DNA of 61,884 bases, counting the filler, from Basidiobolus ranarum (lineage: Eukaryota): the NCBI GenBank assembly GCA_040143965.1. It is 4 parts of 4 records of this genome, joined end to end, with 100 filler letters (N's around TTAATTAATTAA, not from the genome) between each part and the next. Parts side by side here need not be neighbours in the genome. Positions count along the whole stretch, not along the records: positions 15,534 to 30,953 come from JASJQH010007255.1; positions 31,054 to 46,435 come from JASJQH010007256.1; 2 more parts are not named here. The stretch is one strand, 5' to 3'. The notes under the pieces were generated by a model. It was not told the origin of the DNA. It worked only from the letters and a program-made list of their open reading frames with translations, and searched no databases. Below are positions 29,061-44,906 of this stretch, piece by piece. Position numbers and translations under genes: made by a program. Numbering within the stretch: the first letter of the stretch is position 1; each line of letters begins with the position of its first letter.

Positions 29061-30599
29061 CTAATCACGGTTACGCTCCGGCATCCAGCGCTTTACATGA
29101 TGCTCTACAATCTTATATTGGTGAATGCATTGCGGCGTTGCTAAGTCTGCACTATCTAGATCGGGAATGATTACATAGCATAACAGCACCATCTAGGGAT
29201 TGAGGGTTAGTTCTCGAGACGAAACAATAGAACCCACGCAGTACTACCTTTTTTACTTGACCAGACACTCGGTTTACCCCAAGAAGCCATTGCCAATTGA
29301 TCTCAGTTGGTCGACTGTTTGTGGAGATATGACGCCCGCAAGAGTCAACAGGAACAATAATCACTGCATATCTATCATGTTTGTCCAAGGATTGTGAGCA
29401 AAAATCCTATGTGGCATTGCAGGAATAAAGAATGTTAACCTACTCAGAGTGATGGAAGATTGGCCCTTTTCTGTATAGAACTGACAAACACATTAAAAGC
29501 TAAGCGATGACTTCACAATCTATTAGATCCTTACCATAATCAGTCCCATATTTAATGCCATTTTTCACTACCCAGCCGCGACTGCGATAGTAATGGTAGA
29601 CTGCATAATTCACTATGAATTCATTATCTGGCCGATCATCATTTCTGCCTTTGAATTTCTTCCAACAACTTTCAATCGAATATGGTTTCTACACACGTCG
29701 ACGTTAACACTGCTAATTGAAGCATCATTCACCAACCTAACTAACCTCATTCTGATCGAGTAAATCAATTGCCTTGATATCTCCTCGAAGAAACATCGCC
29801 TCCTCCGGACTCAATTGAAGATACTCTAGGTCTTCCACGAATGGAGCTTGCATCTCCAGTGGCAAACTATCTTTATTCAGAGGTAAAGACGACTGGCTCG
29901 TGCTTTCCGTGTTCTTCACTAGGGAATTGTCCTCTTTTTGGGCTTCTTGCTCCGCTACTTGAACAGTTGACTCTGTTGGATGTTCTTTGGTTTTGTATTT
30001 GAGCTGTCTTTCCTGACGTTTCTTCGTTGAGCTTGGAGAGAGTACCTGGTTTGGACCTAACAATAGGTATAGTCTTAGTGGAAGAGTCTTTCTACCAGCA
30101 ATATCTGTTGGGTTTTAGAAAGTAATATACCCTGAGTCAATTGTTTATCTTTCATTTCTAAAGAAGATAATAACTTTCGTGTTTGACGCTGTTTCCAATT
30201 AGGTTCACTTCTAGATAAAATTCCTTTACCAAAGAACCCTTTTGTCCATAAATACTCGATATGCTCTCTTTTCAGCACCCAAACAGCATTACCAATGATG
30301 ACTCCGATTGGTTTTTCCACCGGAATTCTCTTATTGATACTAAACAGTAAGAGGTATGATGAGAATATTTTCTTTTCAATATGGTGAGAGGAAGTGAGAA
30401 GTACGAGAAACACCATAACTTACTCAGATATCGAGTAATTGAAACATATCGATAAACAGGTGGAGATATATGTAAAGATCGAGTAGGTTTGACAGTCGGG
30501 TGGTACTTCAGTAGTTTGAATTAAAGTAACCGGTAGTGAGTCACTGTACTCTTGACGAATTTTTTTGGAAATTCGTTTTGAACGAACTGGCTTTGACAT
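29061..30599 (-). CDS. SEN2: tRNA-splicing endonuclease catalytic subunit Sen2; multi-exon
   Basis: LWTKGFFGKGILSRSEPNW, EYLQLSPEEAMFL, YHYYRSRGWVVKNGIKYGTDY, YRKGPIFHHSEY, NRVSGQVKK, ending RWMPERNRD*. Confidence 0.92.
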
Positions 30600-30953
30600 A
30601 AGGACAAGTATTTTAAGAAATTCTAATTGATGTATCACACCAAGAATTGAACCGAGGGAGAAAAAAACCACTCCCTTCCTCTGCTATACCCGAATGGATT
30701 TACTCTTGCTTTAGGTCTAAAAGCGGCATAACTTGAGATCATTTATAATCAACATGAATCTAATGTATGTCGGTGGTGGATCAACCGGATTGGTTGAAAC
30801 TTCGTTGGACTAGTACAGGATTTTACTCTAACATTAGACGAATTAAAGAAATCAATTAGACATATCATAAAACAAATGGGACGATCGAGCAAAACAACTA
30901 ACTGTAGACAATGGCAATTCTTTTTGTAGACACATGGCAAAAGAAAAAGTGTT

Positions 30954-31053
30954 NNNNNNNNNNNNNNNNNNNNNNNNNNNNNNNNNNNNNNNNNNNNTTA
31001 ATTAATTAANNNNNNNNNNNNNNNNNNNNNNNNNNNNNNNNNNNNNNNNNNNN
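30954..31053. other. Artificial contig spacer
   Basis: N44-TTAATTAATTAA-N44. Confidence 0.98.
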
Positions 31054-31395
31054 GTCCTTGTGGAACATTGCTGGCTTGGATGAGTAAGGGTAAGGTCAAG
31101 GTAGGGGGAAGAATAAGAGTGTGATTAAGGGATATGTGGGGTATGGGTGCTCAGGCGTGTGCAAGACATCGTCTTGCAGTCTTGCATGGGAAACCAGTTG
31201 AATGATAATAGAAGAGAGTGTTTATCAAACTAACCGTCTGAGTACTCCTACTCACTCACCACCAACATTGGTAAAGTTTGGACTACCGGTAAAATAGATT
31301 TGAGCAATCTGGTATCTCACTTAGCCTAGGAAAAGATTTACACCAATGCCAATAAGTTTACAAAAATTAATAACTCTTAGTAAAACCAAAGAACA
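31054..31395 (+). repeat. Left arm of the inverted repeat flanking GFA1 (truncated by contig start)
   Basis: Reverse complement of ~35125-35465. The outer ~170 bp differ at about 3 positions; the inner part is roughly 80% identical by eye. Confidence 0.93.
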
Positions 31396-31887
31396 GTGAG
31401 GTTCTATAACATATTCAATATTGACCGCTTAAAAAGTCACTACAAAAGTATTCATTGAAAAACCAGCCACCGTGGTGAACTATTAAATAAATGGCTTAGA
31501 TTCGTAACAGATTAAAAGTAAGAATGTATATATATGATCTTTAAATAACTGCTAATTTTGTTTAAAACCGATGAATCCAGCCAATCAATAGGTGGCTTAG
31601 ATTACAAAGATGCGCTGATTGAATGTATATCGTGTCCATTTCTGGTATACCACAAAGGTCAGAAAGTTAAACTACATTCCTTTAATTTTCTCAATACTTA
31701 TTATTGGTTGGTATACAAAGAGACGTCAACGAGGTTGATGTTAAACAGGAGTATGGGATCAGTCGGGTTTGGAGGGGAGGAGTGTTACCAAGTACGTAGT
31801 AAAAGTATAGGTGAGAAAAATTCAAGTACAATTGGCCTCAGGATAAGAAAACATATTGATTAACTTTCTACGTAAATCCACCCATAG

Positions 31888-34038
<2,151 letters not shown>

Positions 34039-35124
34039 GGCTAGTTGAATGTGAGAGTAGAAGGTGAATCCCAGTTTCTTGTAAACTGAGAAAATCAGAA
34101 GGGAGGCAAGAGAATATTTATATTGAGAGCATATCGGTCATAGGTTAGTGATATATGAATTCATGACTGTGGTTACCCAGAATAGGGGGAGGTGATGGCT
34201 CCGAATATGTCTAATGGCTAGGGCAAACTCACTCTACGGTTGAACGGATATAGGTCGATGGGCCCGAAGAGGCCGATGATTCGTCATAGGATTTTGTTAG
34301 CAATCTACATGACTGGTATTTTGTGAACGACATCATGTTTCATAAACACCAGGAAGAAGCGTTTATTTCCCTACTGTTTCTATCGGTCTTATGGGGACTG
34401 GGCAGAGTATGGTTGGATCAACAAGACCAAATATGAAGATACACGTTGTGTTAGTAGAGGCCCACATCTCACTCCCTGTCATGACAAAGGATGGCTGAGA
34501 GCCAATCAGGGCATTATCATATGACTGGGCCTGCCCCTTTTCCTCCTTAACATTTCAGAAAGCTGGTAACAGATCATGTTTAATAATTGTAGGGCACTAC
34601 GTTGCTAATGAAAGATTTTCAGCATGTTCTGTTCAACCACTCATGGCCCACTGATCCATGTCATTTCCAATTCACAACCTGCTAATCGGTTGTTTGATCC
34701 GAATAGGATCTATCCGCATTTCCCATAGGAATCCAATTGTGGTATCGGCACATCAATTGTGAAGAGAATCCTTCTCAGAAGAACTAGAAGACGCATGACT
34801 CCATTGCACAGTAGACAGTTGCTGTAATTAACTCTTTGTGGGAATATGATTGATCTGATGGTAATCAGCTTGGCCATTATGACATTTTCACCAGTCTGGC
34901 AGTGAGCACACAATCTACTAATCATCTTGACCACCATTGTTGCAGTGATGAGAGATGTTTCAGTGGCACACTATTAATTTCGCTTGGTTTACTAGCGCAA
35001 AATTATACATTCACATTCTCAATGCTTAACTGGCACAAATAAATCCCAAGCATTTCTCTTTCGTATCACCTAGTTGGCACCGCATACTGATACTACCATA
35101 AATCCTTCGTTCTATATTTACTGT

Positions 35125-35465
35125 TTGTTTTGCCAATACTCGGAGTTGATACTTTTTGTAACCTTGTTGGCATTTGTGCAAATCTTTTCCTAGGCTAAGT
35201 GAGATGCCAGATTGTTCAAACCCATTTTACCAGTAGTCTCAACTTTGTTAATGTTGGTGGTGAGTGGGTGGGAGCAATCAGACGGCCAGTTTGGTAAACA
35301 CTCTCTTCTATTATCATTCAACTGGTTTCCCATGCAAGACTGCAAGACGATGTCTTGCACACGCCTGAGCACCCATACCACACATATCCCTTAATCACAC
35401 TCTTATTCTTACACCTACCTTGACCTTACCCTTACTCATCCAAGCCAGCAATGTTCCACAAGGAC
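35125..35465 (-). repeat. Right arm of the inverted repeat flanking GFA1
   Basis: Ends ...atgttccacaaggac, the reverse complement of contig start gtccttgtggaacat... True outer end unknown. Confidence 0.93.
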
Positions 35466-36439
35466 AATGATGAGGCACGCTGAGCAGATTGAAGGGACCC
35501 GGCAATGCTTCACAAGATCTTGTCAGATAGAGTTTTGCCACGTTAGGATGGGATGAAGTGAGAGACCAGGATAGAATGAAATAATCAAGAGAATCGAGAA
35601 TAAAGGAGGTATCTGCTATCTGGATACTCGGTCAACCCATCGAACTGAAACCGGGACAAGGTCTCAAAAGTGAGAGGTTTCAGTGATGGGATGAGCTATC
35701 GATGTGTCTATCAATTTTCATATTGATTTACCGCTACGATGAAGCATTCCGCACTTCTAAAAATACTTTACGCGAACACTAATCCCATGTTCAAGCTGGG
35801 GTGGAGTAGATCCATCGACTCGGTGTAAATTCGCGATTTCATCGATCAATAATCGCTGCTTGATTGCTGCCGTTGCTCAATGATAATTGGGTCTTATAGC
35901 AATGCATATTTATTACTGTATTGGTTTTAAATTGCTACCAACATTGGCTGAAAGAAATTGAGATCATACTATCATTTTAAGCCTCGGTTATCGTCATAAT
36001 ATCACATCAGCCCTTTCCCACTCAAAATGAGATAATTGTGAGGGTATCAATGACAATATTGGAACTGTGAGGCGATAAAGTGAGCTTACATAAAATCACC
36101 ATAAACCTAATCAGTCCCTGCCAAATGATTATGTAATTAGATTGATGTGATAATGGCAATAGTTCCATGTTGGACAGCTGAGTAGCCTCTATATTTTCTC
36201 ACCTTCTACTGAGGAACAATAGTTGTCACTGATCTTAAAGTAAAAATGTGACTCTACTCAGCATGTAGCTTTTGATTCTCTTCTACAAAGCTAGGGTAAA
36301 ATATGTTGAGTTTATCATATACTCAGTGACTTTGTCAAGTATATAATGAAACCATTTCAAACTTGGCTTGAAGATTAACATATACGTATTGAGAATGTCC
36401 TTGAGAATATCAATGCACATATATTCTGTTAGTTATTGA

Positions 36440-36600
36440 AATAATGGATGCTGTGAGATTGATTGAAATTGGACGCCAGCTGTTTAAGTCCATATAGAGT
36501 TCTGAATAACTCCTGCTACAGGATCGTATTGTTTAGGTTTTAGATATCCAAGTAAGATACTATCAAAAGATTTCCAAGCCCCAGACAACCCCTGATAATG
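36440..36600 (-). mobile_element. Possible degenerate Ty1/Copia reverse transcriptase relic
   Basis: Minus strand 36509-36476 reads LFRTLYGLKQL, resembling the Copia RT motif L-x-KSLYGLKQ. Flanks are decayed. Confidence 0.3.
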
Positions 36601-37605
36601 CATCACCTATACATGTTGAGTAGGTGCAATCTCTTCGTCAATGCAAATTAATGGAGACAAGCCCCAATAATTCACAAATCCTTCATGCAGGGATTTGAGT
36701 ACCAATATTCAACATCGAGATTTGCTAACATCGGCTGGTAACGTGACGTGTTAATGGTTGTTGTAATTGGTAAGGTAGATGGGGGTGTGGAATATAGATA
36801 TGTCATTATATTGACATACGATGGTGAACTTTACTAACATCTTATACGTATCTTCGCTAATCTTCGTTGAAATAGTAGACCAAAGATGTATTCAAGGAAT
36901 AAGAGTACGGTATATCCATAGCCAGTTGTTAGTGAGTAATGCAAAGTTATTTCTGATTGGAGATATTAACGCGGTGTTTGAGGTGGAAAGGTGAAATATA
37001 CTTTTACTCAGGCCTCTGATGATGCTTGGTGTGATCCAGCGTGACGATATGGCCTTATGTAAACCCCACTACAGAACAAGAGTCTGATTCTGATGAGAAA
37101 TCAAAATTGAACTCTACATATTAATACAATTAGCAGCTGTTGATTTGAATCAAGGAGTGACTGGATCAAGACATGGAGATGTATCATCTAAATCTTCCCA
37201 GGGTGTGTAGTCACCAGAGACTTGTCAGGTTACACAACCGCTAGTCTTCTCGTATAATTCAATGTCTGCGAGCTTTGGTGTCTGTAAGCATTGTTCTTGA
37301 ATGTTTAATAAGTGCTACGTAAAGATGTCTTCCAGGTTTAGTGCTCCTTGTTGTTCCGTACCTTAAGTGAGAGAGACTAGCAGACACAGGAATGATAGCG
37401 TTTTGCTGTGCTCTTCAAGATGCGGATTTTAAATTGACCAAATCCAAAAATATTGGCATATTAATTAACATAATAAATGTGACGAATCATTTCAACTCAT
37501 GTTTCCCTAGAACACAAAGTATAAATACTCCTAAGATTCTACTCAACAAGAGTACTAAATTGATTGACTTCAACAGTCCACATTGGTTTCAGAAGTATCT
37601 TTGCG

Positions 37606-38778
37606 ATGACTCACTCAGAATTTACTGGTTTTGGCACTTTAGCTGTGCATGTTGGCCAGGAACCTGACGGTGTTACTGGCGCTGTTATCCCTTCGATTTC
37701 CTTGTCTACCACTTTTGTTCAGTCTGCAGCTGGTGTTCATTCTGGATATGAGTACTCTCGTGCGGGTAACCCTACTCGTCAATCCTTCGAGGAAGCTGTT
37801 GCCGCTTTGGAGAAAGGAGAGTATGGGCTTGCTTTCAGCTCTGGTTCGGCTACTACTGCCACTATTGCTCACCTTATTCCCGTTGGTTCTCATGTAATTC
37901 TTGTCAATGATGTATATGGTGGTACCTACCGATACTTTACCAAGGTAGCCACTGACAACGGGATCGAACACACCTTTGTCGATCTCGTAAACCCAGAGAA
38001 TATCAAGCCTGAATTTAAGGAGAATACCAAACTTGTATGGATTGAAACCCCCACCAACCCCACTCTTCGTTTGGTTGATATTGAAGCAGTCGCCAGATAT
38101 ACTCACGAAGCTGGTGCTCTCTTGGTTGTTGATAATACTTTCATGTCCCCTTACTTTCAAAATCCCTTGACCCTTGGGGCTGATATTGTGGTACATTCTG
38201 GCACAAAATATCTTAACGGACATTCAGATGTTGTTATCGGTGTTGCCGTTCTGAACAATGAACAACTCTACACTAAGCTCAAGTTCCTTCAAAATGCTAT
38301 TGGTGCCATACCTAGTCCATTCGATTGTTTCCTCGCTAATCGTGGTCTGAAAACTCTGCACATCCGCATGAAACAGCACGCAGAAAACGCTTTGGCTGTT
38401 GCTAAAGAGCTTGAGGCTTCAGATAAGGTAGATGAAGTCATCTATCCAGGTCTTCAGTCCTATAAGCAACATGAGCTTGCCAAGAGACAATCCTCGGGTT
38501 ACAGTGGTATGGTCAGTTTTCGCATCAGGGGAGATATCAACAACGCCAATAAGTTCCTTCAATCCGTCAAGGTATTCACCTTAGCGGAATCGTTAGGTGG
38601 GGTCGAATCTCTTGCGGAGTTACCTTCAGTAATGACCCACGGAGCAGTAAGTACCGAGGATAGAGCTAAACTGGGTATCACTGACACTCTTATCCGGCTT
38701 TCTGTTGGTATTGAAGAGGCCGATGACTTGGTCAGAGATATTCGTCAAGCACTATCTGAGGCCGTGCCTGATCAATAG
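37606..38778 (+). CDS. CYS3: Cystathionine gamma-lyase, intronless
   Basis: GFGTLAVHVGQEPD, YEYSRAGNPTR, DVYGGT, WIETPTNP, VVDNTF, HSGTKYLNGHSD (PLP Lys), LAESLGGVESL, IRLSVGIE. Confidence 0.95.
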   Translation: MTHSEFTGFGTLAVHVGQEPDGVTGAVIPSISLSTTFVQSAAGVHSGYEYSRAGNPTRQSFEEAVAALEKGEYGLAFSSGSATTATIAHLIPVGSHVILVNDVYGGTYRYFTKVATDNGIEHTFVDLVNPENIKPEFKENTKLVWIETPTNPTLRLVDIEAVARYTHEAGALLVVDNTFMSPYFQNPLTLGADIVVHSGTKYLNGHSDVVIGVAVLNNEQLYTKLKFLQNAIGAIPSPFDCFLANRGLKTLHIRMKQHAENALAVAKELEASDKVDEVIYPGLQSYKQHELAKRQSSGYSGMVSFRIRGDINNANKFLQSVKVFTLAESLGGVESLAELPSVMTHGAVSTEDRAKLGITDTLIRLSVGIEEADDLVRDIRQALSEAVPDQ

Positions 38779-40830
38779 GTTCTCAATATGATTTACCTCA
38801 GTGTCTCCTGGTTCCTTTAACGGTCCATATGAATATTTCTCCTTGGTATACATTCTTAATTTCTATTTAATATCACTATACATACAGTCCTCGACTCACT
38901 TCTCGCAATTAACTTTTCCAAGGGTTTTCACCAATCCAACCCAGTCAACTTGGTTTTAAATGTGGGTTATGCAACCATATTAAAGTCCCGATTTATTCCA
39001 AGAAATTGGTGATTTCAAGTATTGGACTGTTGATGAGAAAGCATGCTGTAGTTTGTAGCATCGCTAAATCACTCTACAGTATTTATTCACTGATAATCAC
39101 TACTTCAGCTCCAATCTTATTTATCTTCCAAGCGAAACTACCCGTTGCTACTCTAAGCATCAGCCTTCTTTACATTACGAATATATCTCAGGGGTGTGAT
39201 TATTTCAGTCAAACTAGTTCATGAGTTTGGCCATTGAAACCCACATCGGTATTCTTATGGATTATGAACTAAACCGGTGACTAATATCTCAGGGGCTCTC
39301 ATTTAGATGTGTTTCTGTCAGTAGGAATAGTAGTAGACACTACCTAAAAGCCCTGAGCCCAAATTTCAAGCTCTGAATGCTTGAACTGCTTTGAGTCAGT
39401 TATGTTGTGAATATTGAAGCATATAGGAGTCAGGTATGTTGGCAGTATTAATAGGAGCTGTGAAGCAAGAACTTTAAAGAGCAAGCTTGTTCTTTTTCAT
39501 TAAGCTATCGTATTATGATCCTTGAGTGATTCTTACATATTAGGACTATCCTTCCAACTTCTGACACTGGTCCCACACATAGATTTTGGCGTTTGTTGGG
39601 TCAGAAATCTTGATACAAATGTATGAGTATATCCACATTGAACAACTCATCATGCACAGACAACTAATAGTGATTTTCCATATAAGAAATGTAGACTAAC
39701 TCTAACCCTATCTTCGTCAATGTACTCACCTTATGTGGTATGACAGACAGAATCATATTTCACTAGAATCAGTCTAGAAAAAGCTAGTATCTATACTGGC
39801 AAGTGTTAATTGCCCCTACCTATAAAGCCAGTAACTTGAGTACTTTGATAGCCTATTAGCGATGATCCACCAGAAGCTATTCCCAGGTATGCTGCTTCTC
39901 AAATATTTTCCAAATCAGTGGGCAGAGATTCACCAGATCTACAGGCACTAGATGATTGGCCTTCACATTCCACATGTTTACATTACCGGTTTGGGTGGCT
40001 TCGATCTTATCTTCGCAGAACGTCCATCACTACAAATCATTATCAGCTATGGCGAAAGTGTGGAATAGAATTGAGGCTGCATATGAAGCCTGATTTGGCT
40101 GAAAGCATCGGATTGGTAGGATAGCTGTGGCGATGACTGCAAGTAAACAACTCAGATTGGAAGTTTATTTAAAATCGAGATTTGTTTCCCTCTAGAAGCT
40201 GGTACCGAAATAGCTATATTCACTTGAGATTTGAATGCTACCAATACTATACTAAGTGCCATTTTGAGGTGCATCCATGGATACATATGGAGATCTACAT
40301 AGTTTGACTTGATCAGGCATCACTTGTCATGCTTTTCAGTTGATTGTGAATGCCATTTTCAATCACTCTTCGTGATAGTTTGCCCTGGTGTAACCAAGTT
40401 TAACTACAACTATACTAAGGCGCAATGTTGGCGCAAAATGAACTGCATATTCCCTGGAAATACATTGATTTCTGAATACGGTACCCTATCTGCGACTATG
40501 AAACCAAGCAGGTTAGCTCAGGCCATGGTCTAAATCAAGCAAAGTATGGCGCTGGGATACGCCCAGTTGTTTCATTATATTAAGAAATTCTGATTGCGGT
40601 CTTGGACTAATATATTAATTAAATATGGGGTTAGGATAACAATTTACAGTTGCAATCATGATATACATAGCCTTCTCTTTGCTACATTCAAACAGATTCC
40701 AGGAAATTTGAATGCAGAAAATATGGAGTAGGTGCATCAACCAAATATGTGCACTTCTCAAGTGGTTTTCAAGAAATAAAAAGATTAATGAAAATTAAAC
40801 AAATTATTAAAGAATTTAGGATAGGGCGAG

Positions 40831-43642
40831 TTAATTCTCCATGCCCTGCTGCTTGGCGAATTCAACAAACACTTGGGCTAGAGTGGTCTGTGCTACGGCG
40901 TAATCTACAACCTCTAACGGATCTTTCACCTCTTGTAGAAATTGAAACAATCCGCCTAGTGTACTGCCTTCGATTTCAAATTCCAGATTACACCCTAGCC
41001 TACGGATTAATCGAACTCTGTTGCCTTTGTTTTCGAATCTTTGGAATACCTCATGGATGATTTGGTCTATAGTGCTGGTCGTTTTGGTCCGCAAGTTGAT
41101 CTTATAGCCTTTACCATAGACATTCTTGAGTCTCTGCGGGGTACCAAGAGCCGCCAATTGGCCATTCACAGTAATTCCAATGCGGTCACAGAGAGCATCT
41201 GCTTCTTCCATACTATGTGTCTAGATAAGCTGTTAGAATTGTACTGTAGAAAACTGCTGTTGCAAGAAAACTTACGGTTAACACGATGCTCGATTTCCGT
41301 TTCAGTTCTCTGATGGCCTTCCATATCGATTGTCGAACGTGCACATCAACGCCGGTGGTTGGCTCATCCAAAAATAAAATCTTGGGACTGCCAATAGCTG
41401 CTAAACCAATACTTAGTCTTCTCTTATTTCCACCACTGTATCCTTTACATTTCTGGTCTGCCACCTCTCGAATCTGCATTTGATCAATAATAACCTCCAC
41501 TGCTTCTTCCACATTGCCAGTATTACGAAGCTGAGCAAATAATTTCAGATGTTCTCTTCCAGTCAAGTCGGGGAACAAAACGTCGAATTGCTGGCAAACA
41601 CCCACTATTTGCTTGAGTTCGGGTGAGTAAGGGGAGATCGAGTAGCCCTCGATGTATGCGTTTCCGGAAGTAGGTGTCAATGCTCCTATGAGCATTTTAA
41701 TGGTAGTTGTTTTACCAGCTCCATTGGGGCCCAAATACCCCAAGCATTCGTTACGTCTCAAAGTGAGCCATAGGTCATCGATAATCACCTTGCGGCGATT
41801 AGAGTATTGTAATGGGAATTCTTTTGATAAGCCATGGATATGCATAGTATCCAAACTAGACTGAGCTCCTAGTATTCTTTGCTTTTCGTTATTGACCTCC
41901 TCATCAGAGTACTCTTTGCTCATCTTGTTTTCTTCCAAGTCGTTCCCTAAGCCACGGCTGTTCGGGTCATCCTTCACAAAGTATGATCTGATCATTTTCA
42001 TTGGGGTTTGACGAGCATTAAGCATAATCTCGAAGAAGGACACTAACAATCCATACAACACAGTACTGGCGATTAGCGCTATCAGGATAGGTAAAATGGG
42101 GAAATGGAGGTTGAAGACCATCGACGCAGTGTACGGATGCCCTATCTTCCAGGCCGTTGCAAGCTCCTTAAAGATTAGGTTGGTTAATCTGTATTCCATA
42201 CTGCTCACTTCAAAAAAATACTTACGGTAAGACCACGTTGTAGCGCAAACACCGGTATAAAAAAGCTCACGACGGCAGCGGCAGTGATGCTAATCTGGTT
42301 GTCGCATGCAAACCGGACAACAGCGTACGGGACGAATATGAGGATAAGTAGAAGAAATCCCATTACCAACCCAACTGCTCTGCTTCTTGAAAAAATGAAG
42401 GAGAATAGATATCCCATCAAAATAATAGGCGGTCCACAAAGAAGTAGTAACAGTACATAGCCGACTGGACTAGAGTTTACGAACATGGGGGTTGCTTCAG
42501 CCTTCATCATAATCAAAAAGATCACAATGGGGACCAAGTAGATGGTGTAATCCCTGATAAAGGCAGCCAGGTAGTATGCACGTGAATCTAGACCCGCCAA
42601 AATCAGAAGTTGCTTTTGCCCCAACTCGCGCTCACGTACCATATTAGTAACGTAGAAAAGCAAAACAAATGATACAGCTAAATGTAATACACCAAGGTTA
42701 GAACTCACAAGCGAGGGCAAATCAAGGCTGGAAACTTACCATAAGCAACAACCACTGGAATAATATCGGGACCAAGATCTCCATTTTCCAAGGCGGTGGA
42801 TGGTAAAGTCTTGAATATAACGTTATTCATGAGAATAGAGCTTACAGGCATATCGTAGGCGCTTTGAGCTGCTGCTTCCATATTGGAAACAAGCCAAGGG
42901 ATAGAGTTCTTGGAAGGTTGATCCTCGTAGAATAAAGTATATCCAAATCCAAATTGAGCAGATCCATTGTTCACTTGATTTAATTCGAAACCTAATTCTG
43001 ATACTGAATCTGGCGTTGAGGCCTGATCATTGGATCCATTGTTATCGAGTGCATCACGGCTTTTGATTAGCGCACCGATGCTATCATACCTATTGAAAGA
43101 AACCGGAGGGCTTTGGGCTGTGCGGTTAGGCTGAACTATGGTGTAATTTGGTTGTAAGCTTTGATACCAAACATCATCGGGGACACTCTGATCAATTACA
43201 ATCCCAAGATTTGGCACGCTTCCATATTGTGGAAGATTTGGCGGACTGATCGACCAGCTGAATGAGATAAACGTAGGTAAGTACTGAGGCATGAACACAC
43301 TACGAATGTTTGGGCTACCTACTTGGAAATCGTTCCTACTGGAACTTTATTAGCTCCCTGAGATACTATTTTCGACTTTAGAAAGATTAGTTTTAGTCCT
43401 GCTTCTAATAACTTCGCACAAACTTACTATCTCCACGGCGAGAATTACACATATGGAAGGAATAATGACAGCTGTTTGGGGCAAAATGGCTCAGTACTAT
43501 GAAGGGTGTTCTAGAGGTAATATAGTTCAACGGTACCTGTAAAAGCTGTTGCGACCTTACGCCAAACAAGTTTTAAATTAAGGTTAAGGTTAAGTTTTAA
43601 CTGAGTGTAAAACGAGAGCGGTCGATGCTTTAGAGTAGACAT
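40831..43642 (-). CDS. ABCA-subfamily half-size transporter (TM-ECD-TMD-NBD); multi-exon
   Basis: Start MSTLKHRPLSFYTQLK at 43642. One TMD and one NBD with GPNGAGKTT, YSGGNKRRLS, FLDEPTTGVD, VLTTHSMEEADALC; ends QTTLAQVFVEFAKQQ. Confidence 0.88.
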
Positions 43643-44906
43643 GATTCTAGGTTTGCTTCGCTATTTTCAAGTGACGGCTGTATGATCAGCTTGACTAGAA
43701 GTTGAGGCAGAGGGGACTTTTTATAAGCGCAGATATTTCTTTGTACAAGGTTGCTTTATCTATTGGTTGGAATTCTATTTTGATTCGATATTGCATGAAA
43801 CCTCAATTTGTGTTGTTCAAGTAAAGTTCTCAATATGAGGAACTTGATTTGGATCTGCAAATGAAGTCCATTGATTTGCTACAAAGCATCCAGGCTTATG
43901 ATTAAGCTATGTGGTATCATGTATTCCCGAATATGGAGTCATTGTGGTATTCGTTGCAAATGTGTCCTTGACCGAGTACAGATTGGGCTATCAGTCCTCT
44001 AAAGGTTGCTGTAACAGATTGCAGCCCTACAATCTTCATGGCTATATAAATAATCCGCAGGCAACTAATTAGATTACTGGTTCCTGGTGTGACAGATAGC
44101 TTGGCATATTCCATTAGCTGGCCCGTAACGGCAAAGTTTACACATGCTTAGTATGGCAATCTTCGTCCTGCTTCAAGTAAGTCATTATTAGCCATAGAAA
44201 CCCCTTGTGCCTTGATGCAGCTTGCCAGATCCCTATTTTTGGAAAAATTATTTGGCCAGTGGGCTAGTGCTTAGACACTCTTGGCGAAGTTGCTTACTGT
44301 GATCATGGAGCAAATTGGGAATAAACAGGTTATTTTCTTGGCCATATCGCCTTATATAGTAGTCTTATACAGCATTTGAGCTGTTTTAGTGCTACAGCCT
44401 GTTACCACGTCTTGGCGAACGCTTGAATAGAGCATCTTTACAGCTCAAATGAGATGATGCCTCCTTTCGGCTGCACATCCCACTTACGTAATAGTTACAA
44501 GTAATATGGAATGAATGAACCTTATTGGAATGTTACATATTGCCAAGTCAGCAAGCTATTGGTACAACCAAGCATTGGCAGATCATTCGGTAAACACATG
44601 GACATGTATCCCCTAAATCTTAGTCTTACTTGGATTCCTTTATGTGGAGTTCATTAGTTTATTTGGCTGATAAGGTCCAATTTGAAAACTGATATCAAAA
44701 CCAAACTACTGTAGTAGTAAGTTTACAAATTTGGAACATACCTTTAACCACTAATCCCCTAATTTTTGCGTCAAGTTCATTGATGAATTAAATATTCTTA
44801 TTTGTCGATCTAAGCATTTAAGCATGTATTTAAATAGCAGCTCTCGGCACAATTGAAATTCAGACTACCCTGGCCTTCTTACTCTTGAATCTTAATCTAC
44901 GAGTAG

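Noticed and set aside
34039-35100. glmS-ribozyme-like RNA upstream of GFA1
   Set aside because: No recognisable conserved core or stem pattern; the element is known only from bacteria.
35190-35394. Small ORFs within the right inverted-repeat arm
   Set aside because: No recognisable domain, and differences between the arms do not look codon-constrained.
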